From: Motilimonas cestriensis
GTDB lineage: Bacteria > Pseudomonadota > Gammaproteobacteria > Enterobacterales > CBDFNC01
Assembly (NCBI RefSeq): GCF_051055415.1
Contig: NZ_CP170335.1
Length of the DNA stretch: 32,000 bases
Direction: 5' to 3' (one strand)
The notes below the pieces were generated by a model. That model did not search any database. It was not told where the DNA came from and saw only the letters and a program-made list of their open reading frames with translations. The stretch's first letter is position 1, and each line of letters begins with the position of its first letter. The translations under genes and the position numbers were made by a program. Shown here in pieces: positions 24,239-32,000 of the stretch.

Positions 24239-26599
24239 TTAACGATTTTCTAAGCGATTATAATCGAGAAGTCCGCCTGAAATGGGTTGCTCTTTCATTA
24301 CTTGGTTTAATACCCGATCACTTATAGCCCAAAATACTGGGCTGGAGCGCCGCACGCCGTATTGGTCAAGCAGTTGGCTGTAATCTTGGTCTGACTTTAT
24401 TCCTTGTAATGTCCTGACAAACTGTGGGATTTGGCTTGCTTGAATATGCAAAAACACATTTGGGTAGTCACCAATAAGCCCTCGAACAACCGTCAGGTTA
24501 TCTTCGCCAGGTAAGCGATTATTGCTATCTCTAAGCAAGCTGGACATGTTGCTGTAAGCTGCATTTTTAATCAGGGTATAGAGTCGCTGTTGCTTGCCAT
24601 CTTGTACCAATAACACCGATACCTCGGCTAACTGATTGACAGCAGTGCTTGGCAGTTCAAATAGTGTGGCAAGGTTTGCCCATTCACTGGCGCTAACATC
24701 CACTTGCTGTAAGTCGTAGTTATTTTTTAACACAGGGCCGAGCTTTGCTTTTAGCATGCTAAACAACTCAAGTTTATGCTGGTTAGTTTGGTAGGTAACA
24801 TCACTTGGGTAATGAAACTGACTTTGCTCGGCCTTAAGGTATTTTTGAATATTATCACTGGTATTGCGGTACCAGTGATCGCGCTCTGATATACGTGAGT
24901 CCGGTGGCAATAAAGCGAGAAAGTTGAACTCGCTTTCCATGCGTAAGAAGTCCATATAAAGGCGAGTATTCAGTTGATGACCAACATTACCGTAGACATC
25001 AAACCCAGCGACAAGTAAATAATGAATACGCTCTAGTATCGGGTAGTCGATTAACCAAGCTGTTTTTGGCGCTTGCCTGACTAAGCCTTTCACAACAGAT
25101 GCATTGTCAAAATGTCTGAATACAGTTAGGGCAGCGTTAGTGTTTGTTTCTTCTCCGTCCCAAACCAAATCTAAATCGAGTTTTTCGCCATTCTCAAAGG
25201 CTTGTGCAAGAGCACCTTGTTTCGCTTTAAGGTAGCGTTTTTGCGCTTTTGAATAGGTGAACCAGCTACTGAGCACCGTTGAATTACTGGCTGACTCAGC
25301 AGGGATCCGTAAATGGTCTTTTTGTTGCGCTAAAAACTGGGCTAACCCTTCGCTGTTTTCCCAGCTCCCTTCAGAGAAAAACACCCAAAAATGGTCGTTG
25401 ATGACATTTAACGCCATTTGACCTCGACAAACAGGGCCTTTAATAAATGCCATTATGGTGTTCTGTGCTTCCAAGAGCATAAAGCGATAACGCGCTGCTA
25501 CTGGTAGAGCTTCAAAAGCTATAAATGGGTTGGCAGCAACACTTGGTTCATAACTTGGAAGAGCCGTGACTTGATAGTCGACGCGATAAAACAATTGATT
25601 TAGCTGATCCATACGCTGTTCATTAAGAGCGTAAGGCATATGGGTTTTAGCTAATATGGTCTCGCGCTCGCGTTGAAAACGGTAATAGACCCGCTCGACC
25701 TTGGGGTCATCATAAGGCCGTAGAGTAGTAATCCGTTCAATTGGCTGACCGGGTGGTGTTTTTGAGCGCACTAGAGTAAAAAATTCAGGACTATTTGCGG
25801 TATCGGCTAATGCTGAAAAGTAGAGGTGAGAAAGATAAAGGTGTTCAAATATATAACGCGCAACAAGTTGTGATTTAAGGGAAGGGCGGTTAAGCCAGCG
25901 CTCCCATAGATCTATCTCTTGTAGTATAGGGTTGGCTAAGGGCGGTTTTGCAGCCATTTTGGCGCCATTTTTAATCCAAGTTGTTAGTTGGTGCTGTTCA
26001 TCGACAGCAATGGCTGGTAAACCATAAGGCATTCCTGCCAGTGGGTTATTGCTAGCAAAGTCTTGGTAGGTTTCGATGGTGCTGCACTGTTGGTTGCGAT
26101 CTAATGAAAAATCAAACGCGTCAGCATGAGCGCGAGTATCAACTAAAGGGTGTTTTTGTTTTAGTAGCAGAGCCTGATAAATCAAACTGGCGGCCACATT
26201 GGCTTGCTCGGTTTGTTCCCTTTCATTTAATACCGGAGAAAAGCCTTTTTTACGCCATTGCTCGGTGGTGGCAGCGTCCTCGTACAAGCGTGTCGGCGTA
26301 GCGGCAAATAAACGCGTGCCACTAAATACTTTATCTTTAGAGCTGCCTCGTTCAATGGCTTCCGGCGAGGTGAGCTTTAACTGGCAGGGCGCATCGTAGC
26401 AACCATGGCAAACCACGCAGCGCTGATCCAAAATTGGTCGCACTGTTTGGTGATAAAATATTGCGTCGCTACTTTGTTGGTTGACCATACGATCGCGCAC
26501 CAATGCTGGGCCATAGAGATCTGCAAAATGGGTATTTGAAAAACTTGAACAGCCAGTTAGTAACGCGAAAAGGCTAAGTATTGCCATGTGTTTAAACAT
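24239..26599 (-). CDS. cti: Fatty-acid cis/trans isomerase (Cti family), predicted lipoprotein
   Basis: A large ~786-aa protein with a single heme-c motif CVVCH in RCVVCHGCYDAPCQLKL, as I recall for Pseudomonas and Vibrio Cti. I moved the start to ATG 26599, which gives MFKHMAILSLFALLTG|C (lipobox LTGC). The track ORF extends 29 codons further upstream. Confidence 0.7.
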   Translation of the reverse strand: MFKHMAILSLFALLTGCSSFSNTHFADLYGPALVRDRMVNQQSSDAIFYHQTVRPILDQRCVVCHGCYDAPCQLKLTSPEAIERGSSKDKVFSGTRLFAATPTRLYEDAATTEQWRKKGFSPVLNEREQTEQANVAASLIYQALLLKQKHPLVDTRAHADAFDFSLDRNQQCSTIETYQDFASNNPLAGMPYGLPAIAVDEQHQLTTWIKNGAKMAAKPPLANPILQEIDLWERWLNRPSLKSQLVARYIFEHLYLSHLYFSALADTANSPEFFTLVRSKTPPGQPIERITTLRPYDDPKVERVYYRFQRERETILAKTHMPYALNEQRMDQLNQLFYRVDYQVTALPSYEPSVAANPFIAFEALPVAARYRFMLLEAQNTIMAFIKGPVCRGQMALNVINDHFWVFFSEGSWENSEGLAQFLAQQKDHLRIPAESASNSTVLSSWFTYSKAQKRYLKAKQGALAQAFENGEKLDLDLVWDGEETNTNAALTVFRHFDNASVVKGLVRQAPKTAWLIDYPILERIHYLLVAGFDVYGNVGHQLNTRLYMDFLRMESEFNFLALLPPDSRISERDHWYRNTSDNIQKYLKAEQSQFHYPSDVTYQTNQHKLELFSMLKAKLGPVLKNNYDLQQVDVSASEWANLATLFELPSTAVNQLAEVSVLLVQDGKQQRLYTLIKNAAYSNMSSLLRDSNNRLPGEDNLTVVRGLIGDYPNVFLHIQASQIPQFVRTLQGIKSDQDYSQLLDQYGVRRSSPVFWAISDRVLNQVMKEQPISGGLLDYNRLENR

Positions 26600-26786
26600 T
26601 ATATTCTCATCATTTCTGTAATCCTTACGCAGATGAATTCTTGCAGTTAAGGCCAGTAAATGAAAGCGTAATATGCTGTACTTCAAGTTTAAACTTGTTT
26701 AGCTTGTTGAATTATTTTGATATAAATATGACAACTGAGCTGTTGCCAACGTATTGGTGGCAAACAATGGTAGATTGGGAGTGTTT

Positions 26787-27353
26787 ATGGGACAGCAGTT
26801 TACTGAGCTACAAGACAAACATAGTGACTTTATTGCCCAACAGCAGATGTTTTTTGTCGGCACCGCTGCCGAGCAAGGTCGGGTTAATGTTTCACCAAAA
26901 GGCGCTGACTCATTTCGGGTGGTGAATAAAAATCAAGTTATTTGGCTTAACCTGACTGGCAGTGGTAATGAAACGTCGGCTCATGTGCAAATTAACCCAA
27001 GAATGACAATCATGTTTTGTGCTTTTGCAGGCGCACCAATTATTTTACGCCTTTATGGTCAGGCTCAGGTGCTACATCGAAATGACCCATTATGGCAGTC
27101 TTATATATCATTGTTCCCCGCCAGTATTGCTGCGCGCCAATTGTATTTGTTAGATATCGATTTAGTGCAATCATCTTGCGGCATGTCGGTACCTTTGTTT
27201 GATTTTAAGCAACAGCGAACGGCGTTAGCCGACTGGTCTGAGAAACAAGGAGAACAAGGTATCGAGGCGTACTGGTTGAAGAAGAATCAGCAAAGTATTG
27301 ATGGCTTTGACACCAATATTGCTAACTTGGCTGGATTAGCCCACAAACAATAA
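26787..27353 (+). CDS. Pyridoxamine 5'-phosphate oxidase-family (FMN-binding split-barrel) protein
   Basis: 188 aa from ATG 26787, with GGGAG 7 nt upstream. FFVGTAAEQGRVNVSPKG...WLNLTGSGNETSAHV is typical of PNPOx-like proteins of unknown substrate. Confidence 0.65.
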   Translation: MGQQFTELQDKHSDFIAQQQMFFVGTAAEQGRVNVSPKGADSFRVVNKNQVIWLNLTGSGNETSAHVQINPRMTIMFCAFAGAPIILRLYGQAQVLHRNDPLWQSYISLFPASIAARQLYLLDIDLVQSSCGMSVPLFDFKQQRTALADWSEKQGEQGIEAYWLKKNQQSIDGFDTNIANLAGLAHKQ

Positions 27354-27370
27354 CGATTTAAGGAAGTATT

Positions 27371-27607
27371 ATGATCAAACTATTAAATAAAGAAACGAAT
27401 GTGTTACTAGGCGAACTGACAGAGTCACAACTACAATTTTTAATTGATCAATTAGAAGAAGAGGACAGTGCCGATCAAGATTATTGGATCAGTCCTGCGC
27501 AATTAGAACTATTTAAAGACGAAGGCGCAGACCATGCGCTTTTGGTTTTATTAGAAACGGCTATAGCAGGAACTGATGGCGTAGAAGTTATTTGGCAAAA
27601 GGCTTAA
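27371..27607 (+). CDS. Small acidic conserved hypothetical protein
   Basis: 78 aa, with AAGGAAG 5 nt upstream, starting 17 nt after the preceding gene. The sequence is LTESQLQFLIDQLEEEDSADQDYWIS.... A strong terminator follows it. Confidence 0.6.
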   Translation: MIKLLNKETNVLLGELTESQLQFLIDQLEEEDSADQDYWISPAQLELFKDEGADHALLVLLETAIAGTDGVEVIWQKA

Positions 27608-27614
27608 CTCTTCA

Positions 27615-27649
27615 AATAAATCAATGGGTTTTTTACCCATTGATTTATT
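27615..27649 (+). terminator. Intrinsic terminator
   Basis: A 15-bp perfect stem AATAAATCAATGGGT (27615-27629) / ACCCATTGATTTATT (27635-27649) with loop TTTTT. A T-rich tract lies downstream. Confidence 0.75.
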
Positions 27650-27939
27650 CTGTATTTTTTTACCAATCTATTTTCCCCATCGCAGCTTAAAATACCCCTT
27701 TAAATTACAAAAATATCACCAATCAACAGTACTGGTTAATATTAAAAAATTCCCCCTGTTTATTTTAAATAATTGTGAACGAGTGTCTAAAAAAGTTCAT
27801 ATTAAGACGGCATAGTAACTGTGATTTTACTTCAACCTCGGTGAAACAAACTGCACAACGCTGCTAGTTTAGCGTTATATAAGTAGGTGTTTATTGTTGG
27901 GAGAGTAATTATTTTTACTATATAAAGGACTAAAAAAGT

Positions 27940-29703
27940 ATGTCGTTTAATTTTAAACATGGGCTTGTTGCCAGTGCATTAATGCTTGCGTTAACTGGTT
28001 GTAACAGTAGTGATGATAAGACAGCAGTAAAAACACCTGAGGCAGAAGTGCCGGTAGTGGTCGCACCCAATACGTGTGATGGTGTGCCGTGTACCAAATT
28101 TACTATTCTTCATACCAATGATAATCATGGACGTTTTTGGCATAACTCTGACGGTGAATACGGTATGGCCGCAAGAAAGGCGCTGGTTGATCGTTTACGC
28201 AGCGAAATTGAAGCCAACGGCAGTAAAGCACTATTACTCTCGGGTGGTGACATCAATACAGGTGTTCCTGAGTCAGATTTACAAGACGCGGAACCAGACT
28301 TTGTCGGTATGAATGCGATTGGTTATGATGCCATGGCGGTAGGTAACCACGAGTTTGACAATCCATTAAGTGTCTTAGACACACAGCGCGCATTAGCTAA
28401 CTTTCCTATGTTAGCGGCGAATATTTATAAAGCCGACGGTACACGCTATTTTGAACCATACCAAGTATTTGCAGTAAACGGATTAAAAGTGGCGGTGATT
28501 GGCCTGACCACGAAAGATACTGCTAAAATTGGTAACCCAGAATTTATCAGTGAATTAACTTTTACTGATCCACAAACAGAAATAGCAAAAGTGATTGCTG
28601 AAATTAAAGCGGCCAAGGCAGCAGATCTTATCTTTGCAGCAACGCACATGGGTCACTACGCAAATGCACAGTATGGCAGTAATGCGCCAGGTGATGTGGC
28701 GTTGGCGCGCTCGTTAGATGAAGGTTTATTAAACGGTATTATTGGTGGTCACTCGCAAAACCCTGTTTGCATGGAGCCTGGCTCAGATGACTACGCGGAT
28801 TATAAACCTGGCGGTGCTTGCGCCCCTGATCAACAAAAAGGCGCTTATATCATGCAAGCCCACGAATGGGGTAAGTATGTGGGCCGTGCTGACTTTGAAT
28901 ACATTGCTGGTAAGTTAAAGCTTGCAAGTTATGAACTGATCCCAGTTAACCTTAAGAAAACCCTGACTGATGCTAATGGTGAAGATCAGCGCGATGAAAA
29001 TGGCGATAAAATCAAAGTTTATATTGGTGAAGAAATTGTGCCTGATGCCGAGCTAAAGCAGACGCTGCAGGCATATCAAGATAAAGGCCAAGGTAAACTA
29101 AGTGAGGTAATTGCAACAACAGATGCATTGTTGGACGGAGAGCGTGCGAACGTACGTTACCAACAAACTAATTTAGGCCGCTTAATTGCTAAAGCTCAGG
29201 CCGAAAAAGTGAATGCTGATTTTGGTGTGATGAACTCAGGTGGTGTTCGTGCTTCAATTGCTGAAGGTAATGTTACCTACCGTGATGTACTTACCGTGCA
29301 ACCGTTTGGCAACACCGTCACTTACAGTAGCATGACGGGGGCTGAAATTAGCGATTACCTCGGTACGGTAATGTCTTTACAGCGTGGCTCGGGTGCCTAT
29401 GCGCAAGTTGTAGGCGTGAAAATGGCTGTAGACTGTACGGCAAAGACGGTCGATATTAGTGAGATTAATGGTAAAGCATTCAGTGCTGCTGATACTTATA
29501 GTTTTAGTGTACCAAGTTACAACGCAGCGGGTGGCGATGGCTACCCAACACTAAATCCAGTACAAAGTGGTTATGTTGATGCTGAAGTACTTTATTCTTA
29601 CTTCAAAAACAAAGGCTCAGTGGTTGCTTCTGATTATGCGCCAACGGGCGATATTGTTTATCTTAACTCAAACAGTCCGCTGGGCTGTGAAGTGACGCAA
29701 TAA
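27940..29703 (+). CDS. 5'-nucleotidase / UDP-sugar hydrolase family lipoprotein (UshA/NutA-like)
   Basis: 587 aa. It has the signal and lipobox MLALTG|CNSS, the metallophosphatase motifs ILHTNDNHGRFW, GGDINTG and GNHEFD, and a C-terminal 5'-nucleotidase domain (QPFGNTV, GGDGYP). Confidence 0.88.
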   Translation: MSFNFKHGLVASALMLALTGCNSSDDKTAVKTPEAEVPVVVAPNTCDGVPCTKFTILHTNDNHGRFWHNSDGEYGMAARKALVDRLRSEIEANGSKALLLSGGDINTGVPESDLQDAEPDFVGMNAIGYDAMAVGNHEFDNPLSVLDTQRALANFPMLAANIYKADGTRYFEPYQVFAVNGLKVAVIGLTTKDTAKIGNPEFISELTFTDPQTEIAKVIAEIKAAKAADLIFAATHMGHYANAQYGSNAPGDVALARSLDEGLLNGIIGGHSQNPVCMEPGSDDYADYKPGGACAPDQQKGAYIMQAHEWGKYVGRADFEYIAGKLKLASYELIPVNLKKTLTDANGEDQRDENGDKIKVYIGEEIVPDAELKQTLQAYQDKGQGKLSEVIATTDALLDGERANVRYQQTNLGRLIAKAQAEKVNADFGVMNSGGVRASIAEGNVTYRDVLTVQPFGNTVTYSSMTGAEISDYLGTVMSLQRGSGAYAQVVGVKMAVDCTAKTVDISEINGKAFSAADTYSFSVPSYNAAGGDGYPTLNPVQSGYVDAEVLYSYFKNKGSVVASDYAPTGDIVYLNSNSPLGCEVTQ

Positions 29704-29736
29704 TATTTGAGCAAATTAGTTCAAATTAACAACGAA

Positions 29737-29764
29737 AAGGTGAAGCTGTGCTTCACCTTTTTTA
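29737..29764 (+). terminator. Intrinsic terminator
   Basis: AAGGTGAAG (29737-29745), loop CTGTG, CTTCACCTT (29751-29759), running into a T tract. Confidence 0.85.
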
Positions 29765-29837
29765 TTCTCAATACTGTCTTGTCAATTGTTTGAATTTATT
29801 AGATATTATTCATATGGTTCAATAGATAAGAAATAAT

Positions 29838-30404
29838 ATGATAACAAGTCTAGGCACCCAGAGGCTGATATTAAGGCAGTGGCAAGATGAAGATTATGCG
29901 CCTTTTGCGCAAATGAGTGCTGATGAAAATGTAATGCGCTATTTTCCCAATATCCTAACACGTGCTGACAGTGACGCCTTGGCGGATAAAGCGAAAGGGC
30001 TCATTGCCGATAACGGTTGGGGGTTTTGGGCTGTTGAATTAAAAGAAACGGGCGAATTCATTGGTTTTATTGGCTTACATTGTCAAGAGGATGCCATTCC
30101 CAATACGCCCTTTATTGAAGTGGGTTGGCGCTTAGCAAAGCAACACTGGGGTAAAGGGTATGCGCCAGAAGGTGCGCAAGCCGCGTTAGCATTTGCGTTT
30201 GAACAGCTTGACCAACCCGCTATTTATGCTTTTACAACCTTAACAAATTTACCCTCACAGCGGGTAATGACTAAATTGGGAATGATTAATATAGAGCAAA
30301 ATTTTTTGCACCCAAAATTAGCACCTGAGCATCCATTAGCGCCACATTGTCTCTATCGCATCACCAAACAACAATTCAACAAGCAGCAATCACAGGCCGT
30401 ATGA
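29838..30404 (+). CDS. GNAT-family N-acetyltransferase (RimJ/RimL-like)
   Basis: 188 aa. RLILRQWQDEDYAPFAQMSADENVMRYF..., WGFWAVELKETGEFIGFIGL and HWGKGYAPEGAQAALAFAF form a typical Acetyltransf_3-like pattern. Confidence 0.8.
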   Translation: MITSLGTQRLILRQWQDEDYAPFAQMSADENVMRYFPNILTRADSDALADKAKGLIADNGWGFWAVELKETGEFIGFIGLHCQEDAIPNTPFIEVGWRLAKQHWGKGYAPEGAQAALAFAFEQLDQPAIYAFTTLTNLPSQRVMTKLGMINIEQNFLHPKLAPEHPLAPHCLYRITKQQFNKQQSQAV

Positions 30405-31210
30405 CACCATTGAAACCAACGGATGAACAATTACCCAATAAACACGGCGGTAACAACAAAGTTATCTTACAACACAGCCGTGTGTACCGGGAAACGGGCA
30501 GCTGGACACCTGCGGTCCATCAGTTTTTAGCCTATTTAGCTGAGCAACAATTTACTGGCGTACCTGAATGTTTAGGCATGACACCTGATGGTCGTGAGAT
30601 TTTGACTTTAGTGGCTGGAGAGATATGTGATGGGCACCTAGCTGGGCCGTTTGCTTCTTGTGATACCTTGCGCAGTGCAGCCAAGTTTTTACGCCAACTT
30701 CATGATTGCAGTGCAAATTGGCCAGAAAAAGAAAGTCACACAGGCTGGATGTTGCCGGTGCGAGAGCCTGTTGAAGTGATTTGTCATGGTGATTATGCAC
30801 CTTACAATGTGGCTTTCGAAGGTGAGCAAGTGGTAGGTTTATTCGATTTTGACACCGCTCACCCCGGGCCGAGAATCTGGGACTTAGCTTATGCCATCTA
30901 TTGTTGGGCGCCTTTTAAAACTCACCCTGATGATGCAATAGGAACGCTTAATGAACAAATCAGCCGAGCGCGATTATTTTGCCAGGCTTATGGCTTAGCG
31001 CATCAGCAGCGTATAACGCTGGTCGATAATATGATTGAGCGTTTGACAGTGTTAGTGAACTTTATGCAAGTGCAAGCCGAGCAAGGCAATCTCGACTTTC
31101 AACAGCATATCGCTGCAGGCCATCATTTGGCATATCTAGAGGATATTGACTACCTGACGAGTAATCAAAACCAAATCACTCAGGGATTAGGTAACGCGCG
31201 CACTGGATAG
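30401..31210 (+). CDS. Phosphotransferase (APH/choline-kinase-like) family protein
   Basis: It has the Brenner motif ICHGDYAPYNV and the metal-binding FDFDTAHPGPRIWDLAYAIY. I placed the start at ATG 30401, which forms an ATGA overlap with the GNAT stop (30402-30404). The track ORF starts 18 codons earlier, inside the GNAT gene. Confidence 0.75.
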   Translation: MTPLKPTDEQLPNKHGGNNKVILQHSRVYRETGSWTPAVHQFLAYLAEQQFTGVPECLGMTPDGREILTLVAGEICDGHLAGPFASCDTLRSAAKFLRQLHDCSANWPEKESHTGWMLPVREPVEVICHGDYAPYNVAFEGEQVVGLFDFDTAHPGPRIWDLAYAIYCWAPFKTHPDDAIGTLNEQISRARLFCQAYGLAHQQRITLVDNMIERLTVLVNFMQVQAEQGNLDFQQHIAAGHHLAYLEDIDYLTSNQNQITQGLGNARTG

Positions 31211-31306
31211 GTAAAATATGTTTATTTTCCCCTGATAGTCTTCAGCAAAACTGAGGCTATGTGATGATCTGTTGTATTTCACTGTATGAGTGTTTATCTA
31301 ACACAG

Positions 31307-32000
31307 TTAAGCGAGTACGACACGATTTCGGCCTTCATGCTTGGCCTGATATAGGGCATGGTCCGCTCGCTTTAGCAGTGCTTGGTAACTTTTTTCATTA
31401 CGGTAACCTGCTACACCCATGCTAACGGTTAACGATTCAATGTGTTCAAACTGCAGTATCGAGATTTTCTTGCGCAGGCGCTCTGCTATTTGCAACAATT
31501 CAGACTCTATCGTGAGGGGACAGATAATTAAAAATTCTTCACCGCCCCAGCGAGCCACTAAATCAGACCCGCGAGCAAGGTAGCGTAATTGTTTGGCAAA
31601 CTCGATAAGGATTTCATCACCAATTTGATGGCCATGGCTGTCATTGATACTTTTAAATAAATCAATGTCAATTAAGATCACCCCAAAATCATATTGATTA
31701 CGTTGCGCCAATGAAAATTCATGACTTAAGGTTTCATTAATTTTTTTCCTATTCCAGAGACCGGTAAGTTCATCGGTATTGGCGAGCAAGGCAAGCTCAT
31801 CATTTTTTTTCGCCAGTAATTGGTTCATTTGGTTTACCTGCTCTAGAGCAAGGGCAGTTTTATGCTTTTCTTTGCGTAAAGAATAATTCCACAGCAGCAC
31901 GGCAATAATGATACTTAATAAGCCTAAACTTATTTTTATGACGCCTTGGTAATGGTTTTTTATCTCGTATTGAGTCGTGACCCATTTATTATAAATTTGT
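31307..32000 (-). CDS. Diguanylate cyclase (GGDEF domain, intact GGEEF), 5'-truncated by the window edge
   Basis: The motifs are LTGLWNRKKI, ILIDIDLFKSINDSHGHQIGD and RWGGEEFLII. My translation of 31901-32000 in the same frame has no stop (..QIYNKWVTTQYEIKNHYQGVIKISLGLLSIIIAVLLWNY). That stretch is a TM helix preceded by more N-terminal sequence, so the gene continues beyond 32000. Confidence 0.85.
   Translation of the reverse strand, partial: QIYNKWVTTQYEIKNHYQGVIKISLGLLSIIIAVLLWNYSLRKEKHKTALALEQVNQMNQLLAKKNDELALLANTDELTGLWNRKKINETLSHEFSLAQRNQYDFGVILIDIDLFKSINDSHGHQIGDEILIEFAKQLRYLARGSDLVARWGGEEFLIICPLTIESELLQIAERLRKKISILQFEHIESLTVSMGVAGYRNEKSYQALLKRADHALYQAKHEGRNRVVLA

Noticed and set aside
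27624-27815. A 63-aa + strand ORF downstream of the small acidic gene.
   Set aside because: It starts inside the 15-bp terminator hairpin, lies in very AT-rich promoter-like DNA upstream of the 5'-nucleotidase gene, and has no RBS.

Overview
This is a chromosomal, mostly housekeeping segment of a MukBEF-type gammaproteobacterium. Gene content suggests a marine Alteromonadales/Vibrionales-like organism, but that taxon is inference only. Left to right:
- rnfD(partial)-rnfC-rnfB-rnfA on the - strand, with RnfC carrying an ~0.86-kb in-frame tandem-repeat tail
- a membrane protein with degenerate GGDEF and EAL domains
- three identical tandem tRNA-Asn(GUU) genes behind a stringent-type promoter
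- an orphan 246-aa ORF
- a 1.8-kb stretch with no ORF of 60 aa or more, containing an SOS box, a 282-bp MITE-like element, three DnaA boxes and an AT-rich tract
- uvrB
- a divergent type-II-like trpS preceded by a Trp-Trp leader peptide
- a DUF3297-like gene, then pnuC-nadR (NadR lacks the HTH domain), then tpiA
- an elyC-like DUF218 gene divergent from mukF-mukE-mukB
- cti (fatty-acid cis/trans isomerase), a PNPOx-family gene and a small acidic ORF
- a lipoprotein 5'-nucleotidase, a translationally coupled GNAT + kinase-like pair, and a partial GGDEF cyclase

I see no CRISPR array, defence island, prophage or intact IS. I cannot support a new multi-gene system here. The items most worth a second look are regulatory or non-coding:
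1. the WW leader and structured 5' region of the auxiliary-type trpS
2. the DARS1-like DnaA-box cluster
3. the orphan SOS box far upstream of uvrB
4. the MITE-like element and its relative downstream of uvrB
5. the RnfC repeat array

All coordinates were counted by hand from the printed sequence. Small motifs may be off by 1-2 nt.
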